Part shown: piece after piece, positions 37,131 to 49,197 of the stretch | Numbering within the stretch: position 1 is the first letter of the stretch | Layout of the letters: every line of letters begins with the position of its first letter | NCBI GenBank assembly: GCA_043228905.1 | Contig: JBHGNT010000009.1 | Coordinates: forward strand, 1,736,001-1,800,000 | Direction: 5' to 3' | Source of the DNA: Azolla caroliniana | Lineage: Eukaryota; Plantae; Polypodiophyta | Length of the DNA stretch: 64,000 bases | Notes under the pieces: model-generated | What the model saw: the letters and a program-made list of their open reading frames with translations, nothing else | Told to the model about the DNA's origin: nothing | Database searches by the model: none | Program-made: the position numbers and the translations under genes

Positions 37131-40100
37131 ATCATGATCATATCTGCATGTATTCAAGTTTAACTCAATGCAATTTGTTTTGCCTTCTTCAATGCATAGT
37201 ATAATTCGGCGAGATACGATTCAAATCTCTCTTTTGTAAATGAATTGATGGAATCAAAAGCATTTATCATGTTTTAGGGAAATTTCCCGACATAAACTCG
37301 TGGTACTAACTCAAACTCTACAATTTAATAATAGTGGGGAATAGCCTAAAACTTTTGAATATATCATAATTGGGGCTTGATTCTTGAATAAGATACTTCC
37401 ATTAGGGTAGTAATAGGAAAGATTAGTTTATGTATACTATTGTTTGTTTGTCTCCAAACTTATAAAAGGCTTAAAAAGCTTCACCTTATGTACATAAAAG
37501 TTATTTGACACTAACATCCGCATCAAATTTAGTCTTTGGAGAAATAAATCAATGTTAAGCATCAAGCTTCTTGTTTAAGGTGATCTTCATAGGAGATTTT
37601 GACACTTACCTTTGAATTTTGTTTCCTAAGGCTTTGTAAAGAAGTTATCATTATTGTATCCTAGAAACAAGAACGTGATATGCTGCAGTAAGCTCTTCTT
37701 TCTAAAGGATTCTTTTGAAATGGATTTGCGGGCCATATTTATTCATAAGTTTTCATGTTTGGTCTAAGTCATCCTAAGAAAATTTGATAATTATGATTGC
37801 AATGAATATATTATAGTTCTTGGTGTGATGAAACTCTTATAATGGTATGCATTATGTAGATGTTTTGTGTTTACGAAACTTCATTTTCTAATATAATCTT
37901 GTTATTCAAACTCGTACAAAAATAAAAAGAAACAGTACAAGTTCATATCTATGGGTGTCGAGATTTAAATGCAGTACAAGCTCAAATTAAAACTATGAAT
38001 AGTACTTACATATTAGATTCGTAATACCCTAGATTTTGTTCATTTTGAGTCCAATATGACAGTATTTCTACTATAGCCTCTAGGCTTTGAAGATATGTAA
38101 TTATGTGACCTCGAGAAAAAAATATGTGCTTTCCTTAACTTGGTCAAAACTCAAAGTTTCAAGGTTCGTAGATCATTAAATCTTCAAAACCTTTCTAGCT
38201 TACAAGAAATTTTTTAAAACACTTAATGCGCAATAAATACATCAATCGAAGCATCATGGTGACATCAAATGCCCAATTCCTAGTTGAATCTATTGCTTAT
38301 CCAACTAAACATTGTCCCAACATGGGACAATGTTTCCCAAATTTTATTAATGTGGTACCATCTAGGACAATCATGCATGTTACATAACCTGTAGAGTATA
38401 TCTCGTAGTTTAGACTCTAGAGTTAAGATGCCCTTTGTTTTGAGTGTAATGTGAAAAGTATCTCTAGAGTTTAAAAAATATGGACATTATACATTGGTTG
38501 GTAAAAAGCACAGTAGCCCACCTACTACAAAACTTAATTAAGTGATTGCCAAGAAGAATAATTGATTACCAATTAATATAGGAGCTTTAATTTGCATTGG
38601 CTCCATTTATGACAATAGAAGTTTGAATTGTTGATTCATGGTTCACAAAACTAAAGACCATGAGTTACTATGTAAACACAAGTAAGGACCAAGGTACAAC
38701 TCAATTTGATGCCTGGATCAACATTTATGATATAAGTATGTATACATACAAAAAGAGCTTTTGTTTTGTTTTCAATCTCTAGGTTCAATGGCGAGTGGTG
38801 AACTACTCAAAGTAGAATATAACTATTAACTTTTTTTTGAGCTTAATGGCCTAGAATCCTAGGGTGGTTCCCAAATTCGACGGTGGCCAATACCCATGGA
38901 ACTACACATGTATTCTAGGGACTCGATGCTTTTCATCTCTTATATGTCATTTGATCAATACGCCATAACCATTGGTTTTCATGCCAATGAAGAACTGATT
39001 AATAAACATTTAACACCAAGACAAATTTTAATTCATATGTAAATGGAATAGCATGTATGAAAGTTTCAAGTCATCATGATTCTAACTATACAAAAAATGA
39101 TTTTCAAATAGATGCAAAACAAAGGTCACATGAAAGCTTAAAGAATTATAAATTAATGAATTACTCCGATTATGCAAATAAAAGGCTAAATTTATAATTA
39201 ACAAAAGAAAACCAATGACCTAAATACAATACAAATGAAACCTTGTTCAACAAAGGCTTATGATTATGGATTGGTCATGTAAAGCGCGGTAATAGTTTGC
39301 CTTTTTGTGCCCACTTTTTCCAGCCATATGTCATTCAATATTTCAACAAGAGTGAATCTTGATATGATATTTTTTCCTTCTTCATTGAATACATAAGTTT
39401 TAGAGTTATACTTTCAATGTCGGTACCACCAAGAATATGATATGATGTTTTTTTTGTTTTCCAATATGGTAAGATATCATTCATTTCACTTTTCTACGAG
39501 GCATTTGATGTTGGACACGGGTGATGTTGTTGATCCCAGGTGTAAAAGAGACATCATCTTCTTGTTCTATTAAACGATCAACTAGTTCCAAATGTAGGCT
39601 ACTATCTAAAATTATACAAGAAAAGCTAGTTGATGAACCACTTGCTAATCTACCATATAATAATGGTATGAAATACAATTCTACATATATTTGAGAAATA
39701 TTGCCACTGTTAAGTACGACTAATACTATTGTTAAGTGTTTGGACTATTTTAAACTAGAGATGTTGAACGCTTTGGAATCCATTGTATTAACTTTACATT
39801 CCACTTGCAAGATGCCTTCCATGGTTGTGTTAAGCAGTTTATTCACAAGATCTATCGAACTACTTCGTTTTATAATTACTTTAGGCTTATCCAAGGTGAA
39901 TAATGAGAGGAAGTTGCCTTTAAATAATGGACTTCCATTTGAGGATATCAAGAGGGAGTTGCATTTGAGGAAAGCAACTTACCTTTGAGGATTTCAAAGG
40001 GGAATTGCTTTTGAGGAAAGGTATGGCACATGCACTTGAGAAGCTACGGGTTCCAATATGGAAGAAAATTGGAGTGAGTTTAACTAGATGGTATGTTCTC

Positions 40101-40794
40101 GATCTAGGTAGTCGCAATTTATTGTGGAACTGCGTGTGTGTGTGTGTGTGTGTGAATATACCTTACACTTAGTAATAGAAATATACACAATCGGTTTATC
40201 ATGTATCCATCATGAGAAAGGGACATACACATGGTAATGCCTTTGTTGTCCTAAAGGTGCAAACACTCATATGTTTGCAACGAGCTTCCAAAAACAAATT
40301 GATGCATCTATAAAATGGTATGAACAATAAAGCTCCACACACCTCCGAGTTGACGGAAAGGAATGCACGTGTGGCATGGAGATGAAAAAAAGATAAAGGG
40401 AGTGTAAGTACATGTCCAACTAGGGTTTCTTGCACCTAAGGTGATAAATAACATTCGTGCATTTGCTACAATTTGGAAATGTCGGGCAAATCGAAATGTT
40501 GTGGTTGAGTAGGCTCCATGCGATCTTCTTTTTACTTTCAAGTTTGTGACGAGTTTTAGAGAACTTTTGGGCATTGATATATATATTCGGGGGTAATTGA
40601 AGGGATTCTACCTTTTAATATTCCATGATTCCCCATATAATAACTCATGGGCTCCATCGTAGCACGACTCGTAAAAAGAAGATCGCCAGCTTTGGCTAAA
40701 GGTAGGGTGTGTACACATTGCAGCAACAAAACAAGCCAAAGTGGCGAAACCAAAAAGGGCGGAAAGTGTTTGTCGTTGTCGATAATTTTGGGTA

Positions 40795-40880
40795 ATGTGG
40801 TGGGGATTCGAACCCACGCTAAGCTCGGGGTGTGGACATTAGAACTATGTATGGCTTTACACTACACTTATCTGGCTAAG
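40795..40880 (-). mobile_element. tRNA-like / SINE-head-like unit
   Basis: Reverse strand has a perfect B-box in a T-arm-like context (GTGGGTTCGAATCCCCAC) and an upstream A-box-like TAGCCAGATAAG. No full cloverleaf. Confidence 0.4.
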
Positions 40881-40969
40881 GTTGTTCAAATCCTTGCCCG
40901 CTCTTCCTTCTATCCTCCAACTTGTAAGGATGAACCCATGTCTACATACATACGTACATACATACATAT

Positions 40970-41078
40970 CCCTAAACCAAACCAAACCGTTTATTTATTT
41001 TCGAACCTATAAACCGTTAAGCCACGGTTTATCGGTTCGGTTCGGTTTGAGCCGAAACCAGGCCCATTGCTATGCCTA
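40970..41078. mobile_element. truncated hAT-type element end
   Basis: AAACCG/CGGTT subterminal repeats ending in GCCCATTGCTATGCCTA (reverse TAGGCATAGCAATGGGC, a hAT-like TIR). Flanked by CATA microsatellites. Confidence 0.55.
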
Positions 41079-41086
41079 CACAGATA

Positions 41087-41231
41087 ACACACACACACAC
41101 ATACATACATACATACACACATACACACATACATACATACATACATATTGATACACACATACACACATACATACATACACACACACATACATACACACAT
41201 ACATACATACATATTGATACACACACATACA
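41087..41231. repeat. compound (CA)n/(CATA)n microsatellite
   Basis: Direct reading. A (CCAT)n tract follows at ~41408-41463, just upstream of the LIN-like ATG. Confidence 0.9.
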
Positions 41232-41504
41232 TCATGGTGTATGCATGACACACTTAATACAAAGAAGAAGTGTGGCCCCAGTGTAAGTGTGCAGTTAATG
41301 TTGTGGTAAAAAAAGAAGAAGGAAAGAGAAGAGTGAGAGAGAGAGAGAGAGGTTTTTGGTGTCAGCTTTAATGGCATCTTGTGAGAAGGAAAACATACAT
41401 AATTATTCATCCATCCAATCCATTCCATCCATCCATCCATCCATCCATCCATCCATCCATCCATACATTCATCCTTTCAAACATATTCTCGTTCTTTCTT
41501 ATTA

Positions 41505-44500
41505 ATGGAGGATTTGCATTGCCTTAGTCACATAAATATTAATAATACCCATGCCAATCCTAATACTAACAACATTGATGATCCCACCAATATGTTGAGG
41601 TCTTTGCTGCCCCCCCACACAGTGCTCTCCATCCTCGATTCGTATGCGGAATCCCTCCTCCTCGACACACGGAAACTTGCCCTCCTCAAATCCAATTGCC
41701 TTACAGCAATCAATTACTCCAATGGCTCCGATGAGACTAGTATCGATGGAGGAGGAGGCCGCTCGATCCTCAAAACCTCCGATACAATCCTCAGTTACAT
41801 GACATGGGGAATCAAGCACATCGAGAAAGCCGCTCACAGTTATGTCGATACGACTACTACTACTACTACTAATGTGTCCCATTTGGCCGCCAAGGCGGCC
41901 AAATTTAATCAGCATCTCGAGAAAGCCGAGCAAATGCTCCGAAGCCTCACCGATTCCCTGAAAGATCGCCTCAAGAATAATGCTCCCAATCCAAATATAT
42001 GTGGGAATGGCCCCCGAGTGGTGCCCAACTCGGCCGGCATTGTGGCGGCAGCCCATCTCTTCATGGCCCTAGTGTGGAGCCTCCGAAGAAGAAGAAGAAG
42101 AAGTGGCAATGTCTTTCCGGCCCCCGACAAGAACAATGGCTATAACCCTAGTTTGTCACTTAGGATTCAAGTTGCATCTCACATCTTGCAAGCTTTCGTG
42201 GTGTGCCCTAACTGCGTGAGGACGACATTAGCACCAGAGCTTTGGGACGAACTCTTCCGGCCACACCTCTCCGATGTCGAGGCATGGTATAGAAGAGAGA
42301 AAAACAGCATACATGGCATCCATCATGGCCATGCCGAGGGTTACAACATGCCGGCATTCAAATCTAATAATATCTCAAGTGACCGTAGCAATTCAATGGA
42401 GCAGCACCATCAAGATTGTATGTCGCCCCCGTCCCTGTTCAATGCTAAGCATGCAATGGGTCTCGTAGACGGAGCGAACAATGCCATAAATGTGGGGCCA
42501 AATTTAAATGGTTTTGTGGACACTAACCAACAACATTCGACTGGCGACATTAGCGAGAAGTTCGAGAGAATGTTGAAGCAATCGGATTACAAGATGATCC
42601 GAATGCGAGCCAATCTCTTGAGTGATCTCTACCAGCAATCGTTAGATGATGGCACCCAACAATTTGCGAAAAGCTATCAAGATATCATCGCTAACTATGT
42701 CGATGATTCTGAGAGCGCGATGTCGGGACCCGAAAATAACTTCATTGCGGTATCAGATGTAGAGGTGAATGAAGATGGTGATCATGAGCAAGGTGAAACA
42801 TATCAAACTATGGGCTCTTATAGCATGACTGAAAAGAATGTAATGAGTCGAGATCGAATAGGGCATTACATATTTCGGGATGGGAGCCCAAGCCCATCTT
42901 CTTCTCATGAACCTTTAAAGTTGCATCGACGACGTACCAGGCGTAATAAGAGGGTAGAGAGTGATGAGATAACGGAATTTGTCGATCATCGTGAGGAACC
43001 TAGCAGGATCAATAAAGTCTTGAAGAAGAGTATTAGTGAGTCAAGTCTAATGTAAGTCTTTTAATTATGTGATGCATTAGATTCTAATCCATATGACTAT
43101 ACATATTAAGTAGTTCATGTGTGTTCAAGGATGTTTGAGCTTAATTACTGTGATGATGTCCTGACAGGAGACATAAGCATACGTTGGAGGATGTTCATGT
43201 GAAAGCTAGTACCAATTCACTTAGGCTTACTAAGAAGGCCCCAAACAATATTACATCTGCTCAAGTAAATTTGCTTCGAATGTGTAGTAAAGTCTACCGC
43301 CCTGAAGTTCTGGACCCACTGCGGAATGTGAGTTAAAATCAAAGTTTGGCAATTAACTACTCATCTAGGAATGTCAGTAATGTGATTATATACGAGTCAA
43401 TTGAGAATGATTGGTAACTGTGTAAATGTAATTGAGGTCAATCAATTCACAGTTTGTAAATCAAGGGGAGAGAGAGGCACAAAATTCATTAAATGCCCAT
43501 TTGGATTGTTAAGTTACAACTATGGGCATTGCTAATTTAGATAATTTTGTCACTCTTGGTATGAGCTTTCACACCGGTAACCAGAACTTTACCCTCCCCA
43601 TCATGTAAGGCAGTGTTCCACTTTCTTATGGAGATCTATAGGACATTCAGATTACAAGAAACAAGCATGTTGTTTCATGGTCTTCATGGAGGATCACAAG
43701 ATTAATTGATTTATAACCACTGAGCTTTGTGTGCAGCTTTGATGAGGAGTTGCAGTTTTAAGTCAGCTAGTCTAAGAGCACCTTTTAGGGTTTACCTTTT
43801 CTATTAGTTGTTCATTACTCTAAGGACATTGAGGTTTGTTATATTGTCATGTAGTTTCAATATATACACTTTCTTTGTTAGAGAGAGAGCGAGAGAGAGA
43901 GGGAGAGAGGATCTTGACATATGCACTAGGTGTCCATATAAATTGGAGAACCAAAGTTTGATCAGAAAATAATGCTTAATTTTATGTGAGAGAATGAGAA
44001 GCATAGTTTTTATATACTATTTCCCCCTAATGGTAGATGCTCAATGATGCTCGATTGATTGGGCGGGCTAAATCGACACGAGGCCGCTCCACAGTCTTGA
44101 AAACCCTCCTATCTCCACATAGGCACAGTGCCTCAAGCAACATAAGTGGGCTACTGTCTGCACAACACTTGAAACCACTCAAAGCTCGTAATAGCAATTC
44201 GATACGTTTGATTGACCTAATGACACAGCAAGAGACTAGTGGCTCTGGCTCAGACTTTGATGAACCGATATCAACATCGGCGATTCTACACACGACCACC
44301 AAACACAATAGTGGTGAACATGGTCAGGTGAATTCAAATTTATACTTAATCACCTATCTCTTGCTTTTTCTACTTTTGCTTGAACTAAAACTTGAATTCC
44401 TTCTCTTGTTAGAGGAGACAATATTCAACTAGCAACACATTAAAAGCAAAAGGAGATCGAGATCAATGCATTAAGTAAGCTTAGTTTCATTCAAATTTTT

Positions 44501-46715
44501 TTACTGCAAATAAAATGATGATGATGAGTACAACTGAGGGCATATGAAAAAAATTCAGAGAGAGAAAGTTCTTGGAAGTGAATGCAATATTCATGTTTCC
44601 ATACTTGTTATAATAACTTCACTTCCATAGCTTGTGTTTTTGAAACGTGACATAATTGTGACAGGACCTCATTGAGCATTAAAGGAGAAAAATCAAGCAA
44701 GAAGAAGACAGCAAGGGTGCATACAAATAATCGCAATCACAATTATAGACCAGAATTACGACAACAAAAAGACACCGAAATTAAAATGGCGTCAGGTCAA
44801 TCGAGACAACATCGACCATCCACCAAACAGAATGTGAACACGCAGCGCATAAGGCCAGATGTCCACTCACGAGTGGAACAATGGAGGCAGACACAGTCCG
44901 ACCATGAATTTACAGGTCAGCCTGTGAAGTCGAGAAGAGATAACTTTCCAGCGTGTTGTAGAGCACAACCTGAGCAAATCAGACTGAAGCATGGATTTCA
45001 AGAAAATATGTCGCTGAAAAACATTGGCCCGAGAAATATGAAACTGACAATGGATGACCCATCCCAACCATTGGGAACCATGCATGATCTACAGACATCA
45101 CCGAATCTTGAGAAATCTAGTTCAGGTCATGTTCAACCACAATTCAATGTCAGAGTACCTCCTGCTCTAGACAAAGCTTCAACTTCAGCCAATCCTAATG
45201 ACTACGAAGCTTATAATACAATCAAAGAGATGGCTACGAAGCTTGAGGATGCCGTTGCCACAGCTCGTATAAAGTCAATTTCAAGTCCAAACAATGGCCG
45301 GTCATCCAACATGGCACCTACCATTGCTAAGTGTGAGCAAGCTGTTCTCAACTTCACACATGAGTGGTTGAATTTAAGAGTTCGTACAGATCAAGTCGAT
45401 GATTCGAGCCACCTAGATATGCTTGATGAGCTCATAGATGAGTTCTTGTATGTGTTGGGTGTATCAGAGCTCCAAGAAGTGCAAACAATGACATTGTGTC
45501 TACTCTCATCGACAACAATGGCAAATCGAAAAATATTATCCAATATAAATACTGCGCGGCCACTAGCCCGTATATATACCAATCAAGTTAATAGTAATGA
45601 GTTAAAATCAGGATTAGGTGCAGGGTTTTCTACAGAACGAAAACTTTCATCAGATGATCCACAAGTTCTGCAAGCGTTGTCCAACCTTCTGAAGCAACCC
45701 ACTTCGAGGCTTCCAGAAGCAGCTCTATTACTTCATCTTCTGCATCCCGGAAGATATGCAGAAACATATGACCATCACCTACCCCATTTGTTGCCTCTTC
45801 TTCTAGGATTAGTAGCAGTTCAATATCAATCCAACTCTAAACAAGATTGCAACATTCATGTAAACTCCAAGTACGAAAACCCTTCTTCACCAATCAAATC
45901 TCCTCTCAATCATCACCTGAATCCCCCTTCAAGGCTGAATTCCCCGAAATCTCACCCAAATACACGGCCGAGGTCTAATTCGCCGAAACCTCAAGCGAGT
46001 AGGCGACAGAGTCCATATCGAAGTGATTCATCAAAGTCTCATATTAATCCAAATCTAAGTCCACATAATATAAATCCACATCAAGGAAGTTTGCATCGTA
46101 ATTCGAATTATCGAAGTCCACGTAATATGAATCCACATCAAAGTAGTTTGCATGGTAAACTAAATCATCTAAGCCTACATAATACAAACCCTCATCAAAA
46201 TGGTTTGCATCCAGATCTACAACAAAGTCCATCACAAAGTGAATTGAATCTTATTAAACCAGTGCTAGATCCACATCAAAGTTTGCATCCGCAAATGGAT
46301 CCTCATCAAAGTTATTCCCATCTAAATCCACCGTATCCAAGTGAGCTGCATCAAAATCCATTATTCCAAAGTTCAAACCCGGATCAAAATCCGAGCAAGG
46401 ATCATCTGATGATGACACCCCGACTATCATCGGATCACAACCATAACTTGGCTCTAAGGATGATAGCTCATCTTTTACAAGTAGCGGACAGCATCAGCCG
46501 AACGCAAGCATGCAAACATGTCCTCCTCTCAGAGAGAGCCCTACTATTGCTTCTTCTGGAGAAGCTAATGGATTTCAACCAGACAACAACGAAGAGATTT
46601 CAAAGCACAGATGTCCTGGTGGAGGAGAGAATGGCGGTGGCATTCATTCTTACTTCGTGCATTCGATCTGATGGCGACATTGATGATGGTGATGGTGATG
46701 GCGATGATGATACAG

Positions 46716-46746
<31 letters not shown>

Positions 46747-49197
46747 GAAGCAGAAACAAGAGGAGCATGGATCGTTCAGGATGTGTGTGGTGAAGAGAGT
46801 TGAGGTTGCGTCACTGCTTCATCTTCTTCAGCGGTGCTCCTCTGCATCCATCGCTGCGTTTGAGATCGCCATAGATTTTGCGACAGAGGTGCTGTGCCCG
46901 CCGCTCAGGTGTGCTCTCTACCTTCCTCGCAAATTACAGAACTAGCCCCCCCCCCCCCCCCCCCCCCCCTGCTTTTCGTTGAAACTACATAATTTGGCCC
47001 TCTACTTTCTTCAAATTACATAATTAGCCCCCTCCGCCCCTCTTATCCATGTTGAAAAATGATATTGTTCTTTAACTTGTGTCACATGACACAATTGGTT
47101 TTCTGGCCGGAACCATGGGGCGTTCCGAAAACTTTCGTGCTTTCTTTTTTTTCCAGCTTCGGTCATTTTCTAATTGGCCGAGGGTACCTTCGCTACTTTT
47201 TTTCGTTTTCTTTCTTTCTCTGTTTTTCTCATAATTAGCTTACCCAAATGGTAAGTTGTTAACACTTATACAAGCACTGTGTCCTGGGTTTGAAACCCAA
47301 TTTTCTCACTTCTCTCTATTATATACTTCATGTAAGGGTTGAACCCATGACCACCTGGTCTCCATTGGGCAACCTTACCAACTGAGCTACATCCATCTGG
47401 GCTCTTGTGCGTACAACAATGAATCTGCTAAACATGTCGTGATTCTTCTTCTAGCTTTATACTCCTTCATAGCTCTAGAGTAAAAAAAACGACCTTCAGG
47501 TTAGAGGTATGTTTAGGTCTACTCCAAGAAAAAAGAGAGGGGAAAGGGGGGGGGGGGGGGGGGGGGCCTTAAATCTAATCATATTAATATATGGAAACTC
47601 ATGTTCATAACACGTGTTTGTGTGTGCAACAATACGCTTGGAGTATGTGGTATTCCATTGTTGGCAAAGGAAAAAGGGGTTCACTTATGGGCCCAAGTAA
47701 ATAACGTTGACCCACCATTAGGCATCATATCATGGACATATGGCATGCTTTTAACCTCCCATGATTTGGCCACAAACCAACCCATGGGCCATGCGTTTTA
47801 TATCTACATCAACATCAACGTCTACATCTATAGCAATATCTATAACTATAACTATCTATATGTTGGTTGATTTATTTCCTACTAGCTTGAAAGCAAGATA
47901 CTATTTTTGTACCACATTGTCTTTGGTGTGTGAATAAAGTCGCGTAGTTGTTATAATGACTACTTGTAATTGATATCCAGAACCAAGGATTGTTGTGTTC
48001 ATACTAAGTAAAAGCTTTTTTGGGACACAATAGGATATCACACATGAGAGAGATGCTACCTCGAGATGATATGTTCAATTGCATGCATGATCTGATGTCA
48101 TATATTCAATTGGCACCCCCCGAAAATCAACCTCTTGCATCTGGGCTTCTATTACAATTGGATTTGCTCTTGGTATAGTTTCTAACCCAAAACCTAAACA
48201 ATTTTAATGATTTCTATCACCATTTCTTGGTTCGTTTTTCCAACCCAATCATTTTTATGGTTAACACTTTACCAGGGGGATGAGCAACGGTACAACATTT
48301 TTAGAGAAGAAGCAATTGATGCGTTGTTAGCACCTCTACTTTGTGATACCAATAAAGAGGCATGTTTGAATGCAACTCATGTTCTTTGCCATATTGGATC
48401 GAGCCACTCACAACACGAACTAGAATCGTGGCTTTTGAAGAAGGCCGGACTAGCAAGCCCTTATAGAACAACACAAATTCGAACAACAAAGGTAAATTAT
48501 TTATTGGGAAAAACTTTTTCATTATTTAAAACCCTACAACATTGAGGATACTACAATATAAAAGTGGGAATCAAGTAATACTTTTTTTATTGGTATGCAA
48601 CAATTTAACAAGGAAATCTAATGTCTCTACAAGAATAGCAACCATTTATTAGTTTCTTAGACACATCCCTAGATGAATAATAATAATTGTTTCACTAATG
48701 TCTAAGCATTTCAAATCTAATTTAATGGACAAACATATATAATGACAAATCATCTTTAAATGTTAATTCAGGATAACCCATCATCGTCATTGTCATTCTA
48801 TGGAAGTGAGGAAGAGGAGAGTGACACTTTTCTTGGCAATTGGGATGAGATTGTGTCACAAGCGTTGATATCTCATAAACGAGGGCTACAAGTGTCGTGT
48901 GCATTGGAGAAGGGGTTGAAAAGCAACCTAGGGGGCGAAGTACGAAGAGCATGTGTTTTGGTGGTAGCATGGCTAACTTCTCATCTCACAATCAATAATG
49001 TCTCAAGTACAACTAGTAGGCCCCAATCCCGTGTGAGAGACTACGACATATTGAAGTTATCGGAGGACCTAAAACAACTAGCCCAAGCCATTCAACCTCA
49101 GTTGCGATCTATTGCAGCTACGGGTAGTCCTTATGACATTGAAGAGCGAGTCTTTGCAGCTCTTGCTTTGCAAAACCTAGGTGTTCATAGCCATTGA
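41505..49197 (+). CDS. LIN/CERBERUS-family (putative E3 ligase LIN-like) ARM protein, ~1694 aa, no U-box or WD40 visible
   Basis: Phase-consistent GT-AG exons: 41505-43051, 43168-43327, 44037-44327, 44413-44474, 44665-46908, 48034-48172, 48276-48491, 48772-49197. LIN N-terminal motifs ASHILQAFVVCP..VRTTLAPELWDELFRPHL..VEAWY and LYQQSLDDGTQQFA. ARM-region motifs MHDLMSYIQLAPPENQPLASGLLLQLDLL, IFREEAIDAL, ESWLLKKAG, ALEKGLKS...CVLVVAWL, EERVFAALAL. Confidence 0.85.
46930..47570. mobile_element. transposon fragment (MULE-like terminal region) in LIN-like intron 5, carrying the double tRNA-like module
   Basis: Repeated caaattaca...tagcccc / gaaactacataatttggccc motifs resemble Mutator-like TIR ends. 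Includes 47232-47395, shared with 60127-60320. Confidence 0.45.
47232..47395. repeat. convergent pair of tRNA-like units (copy A)
   Basis: + unit TAGCTTACCCAAATGGTAAG...GGGTTTGAAACCC; - unit TGGATGTAGCTCAGTTGGTAAGG...GGGTTCAACCC. Close homolog at 60127-60320. Confidence 0.75.

Noticed and set aside
41502-46793. Antisense or alternative-frame ORFs overlapping the LIN-like gene
   Set aside because: Shadows of long coding exons, with no independent motifs.
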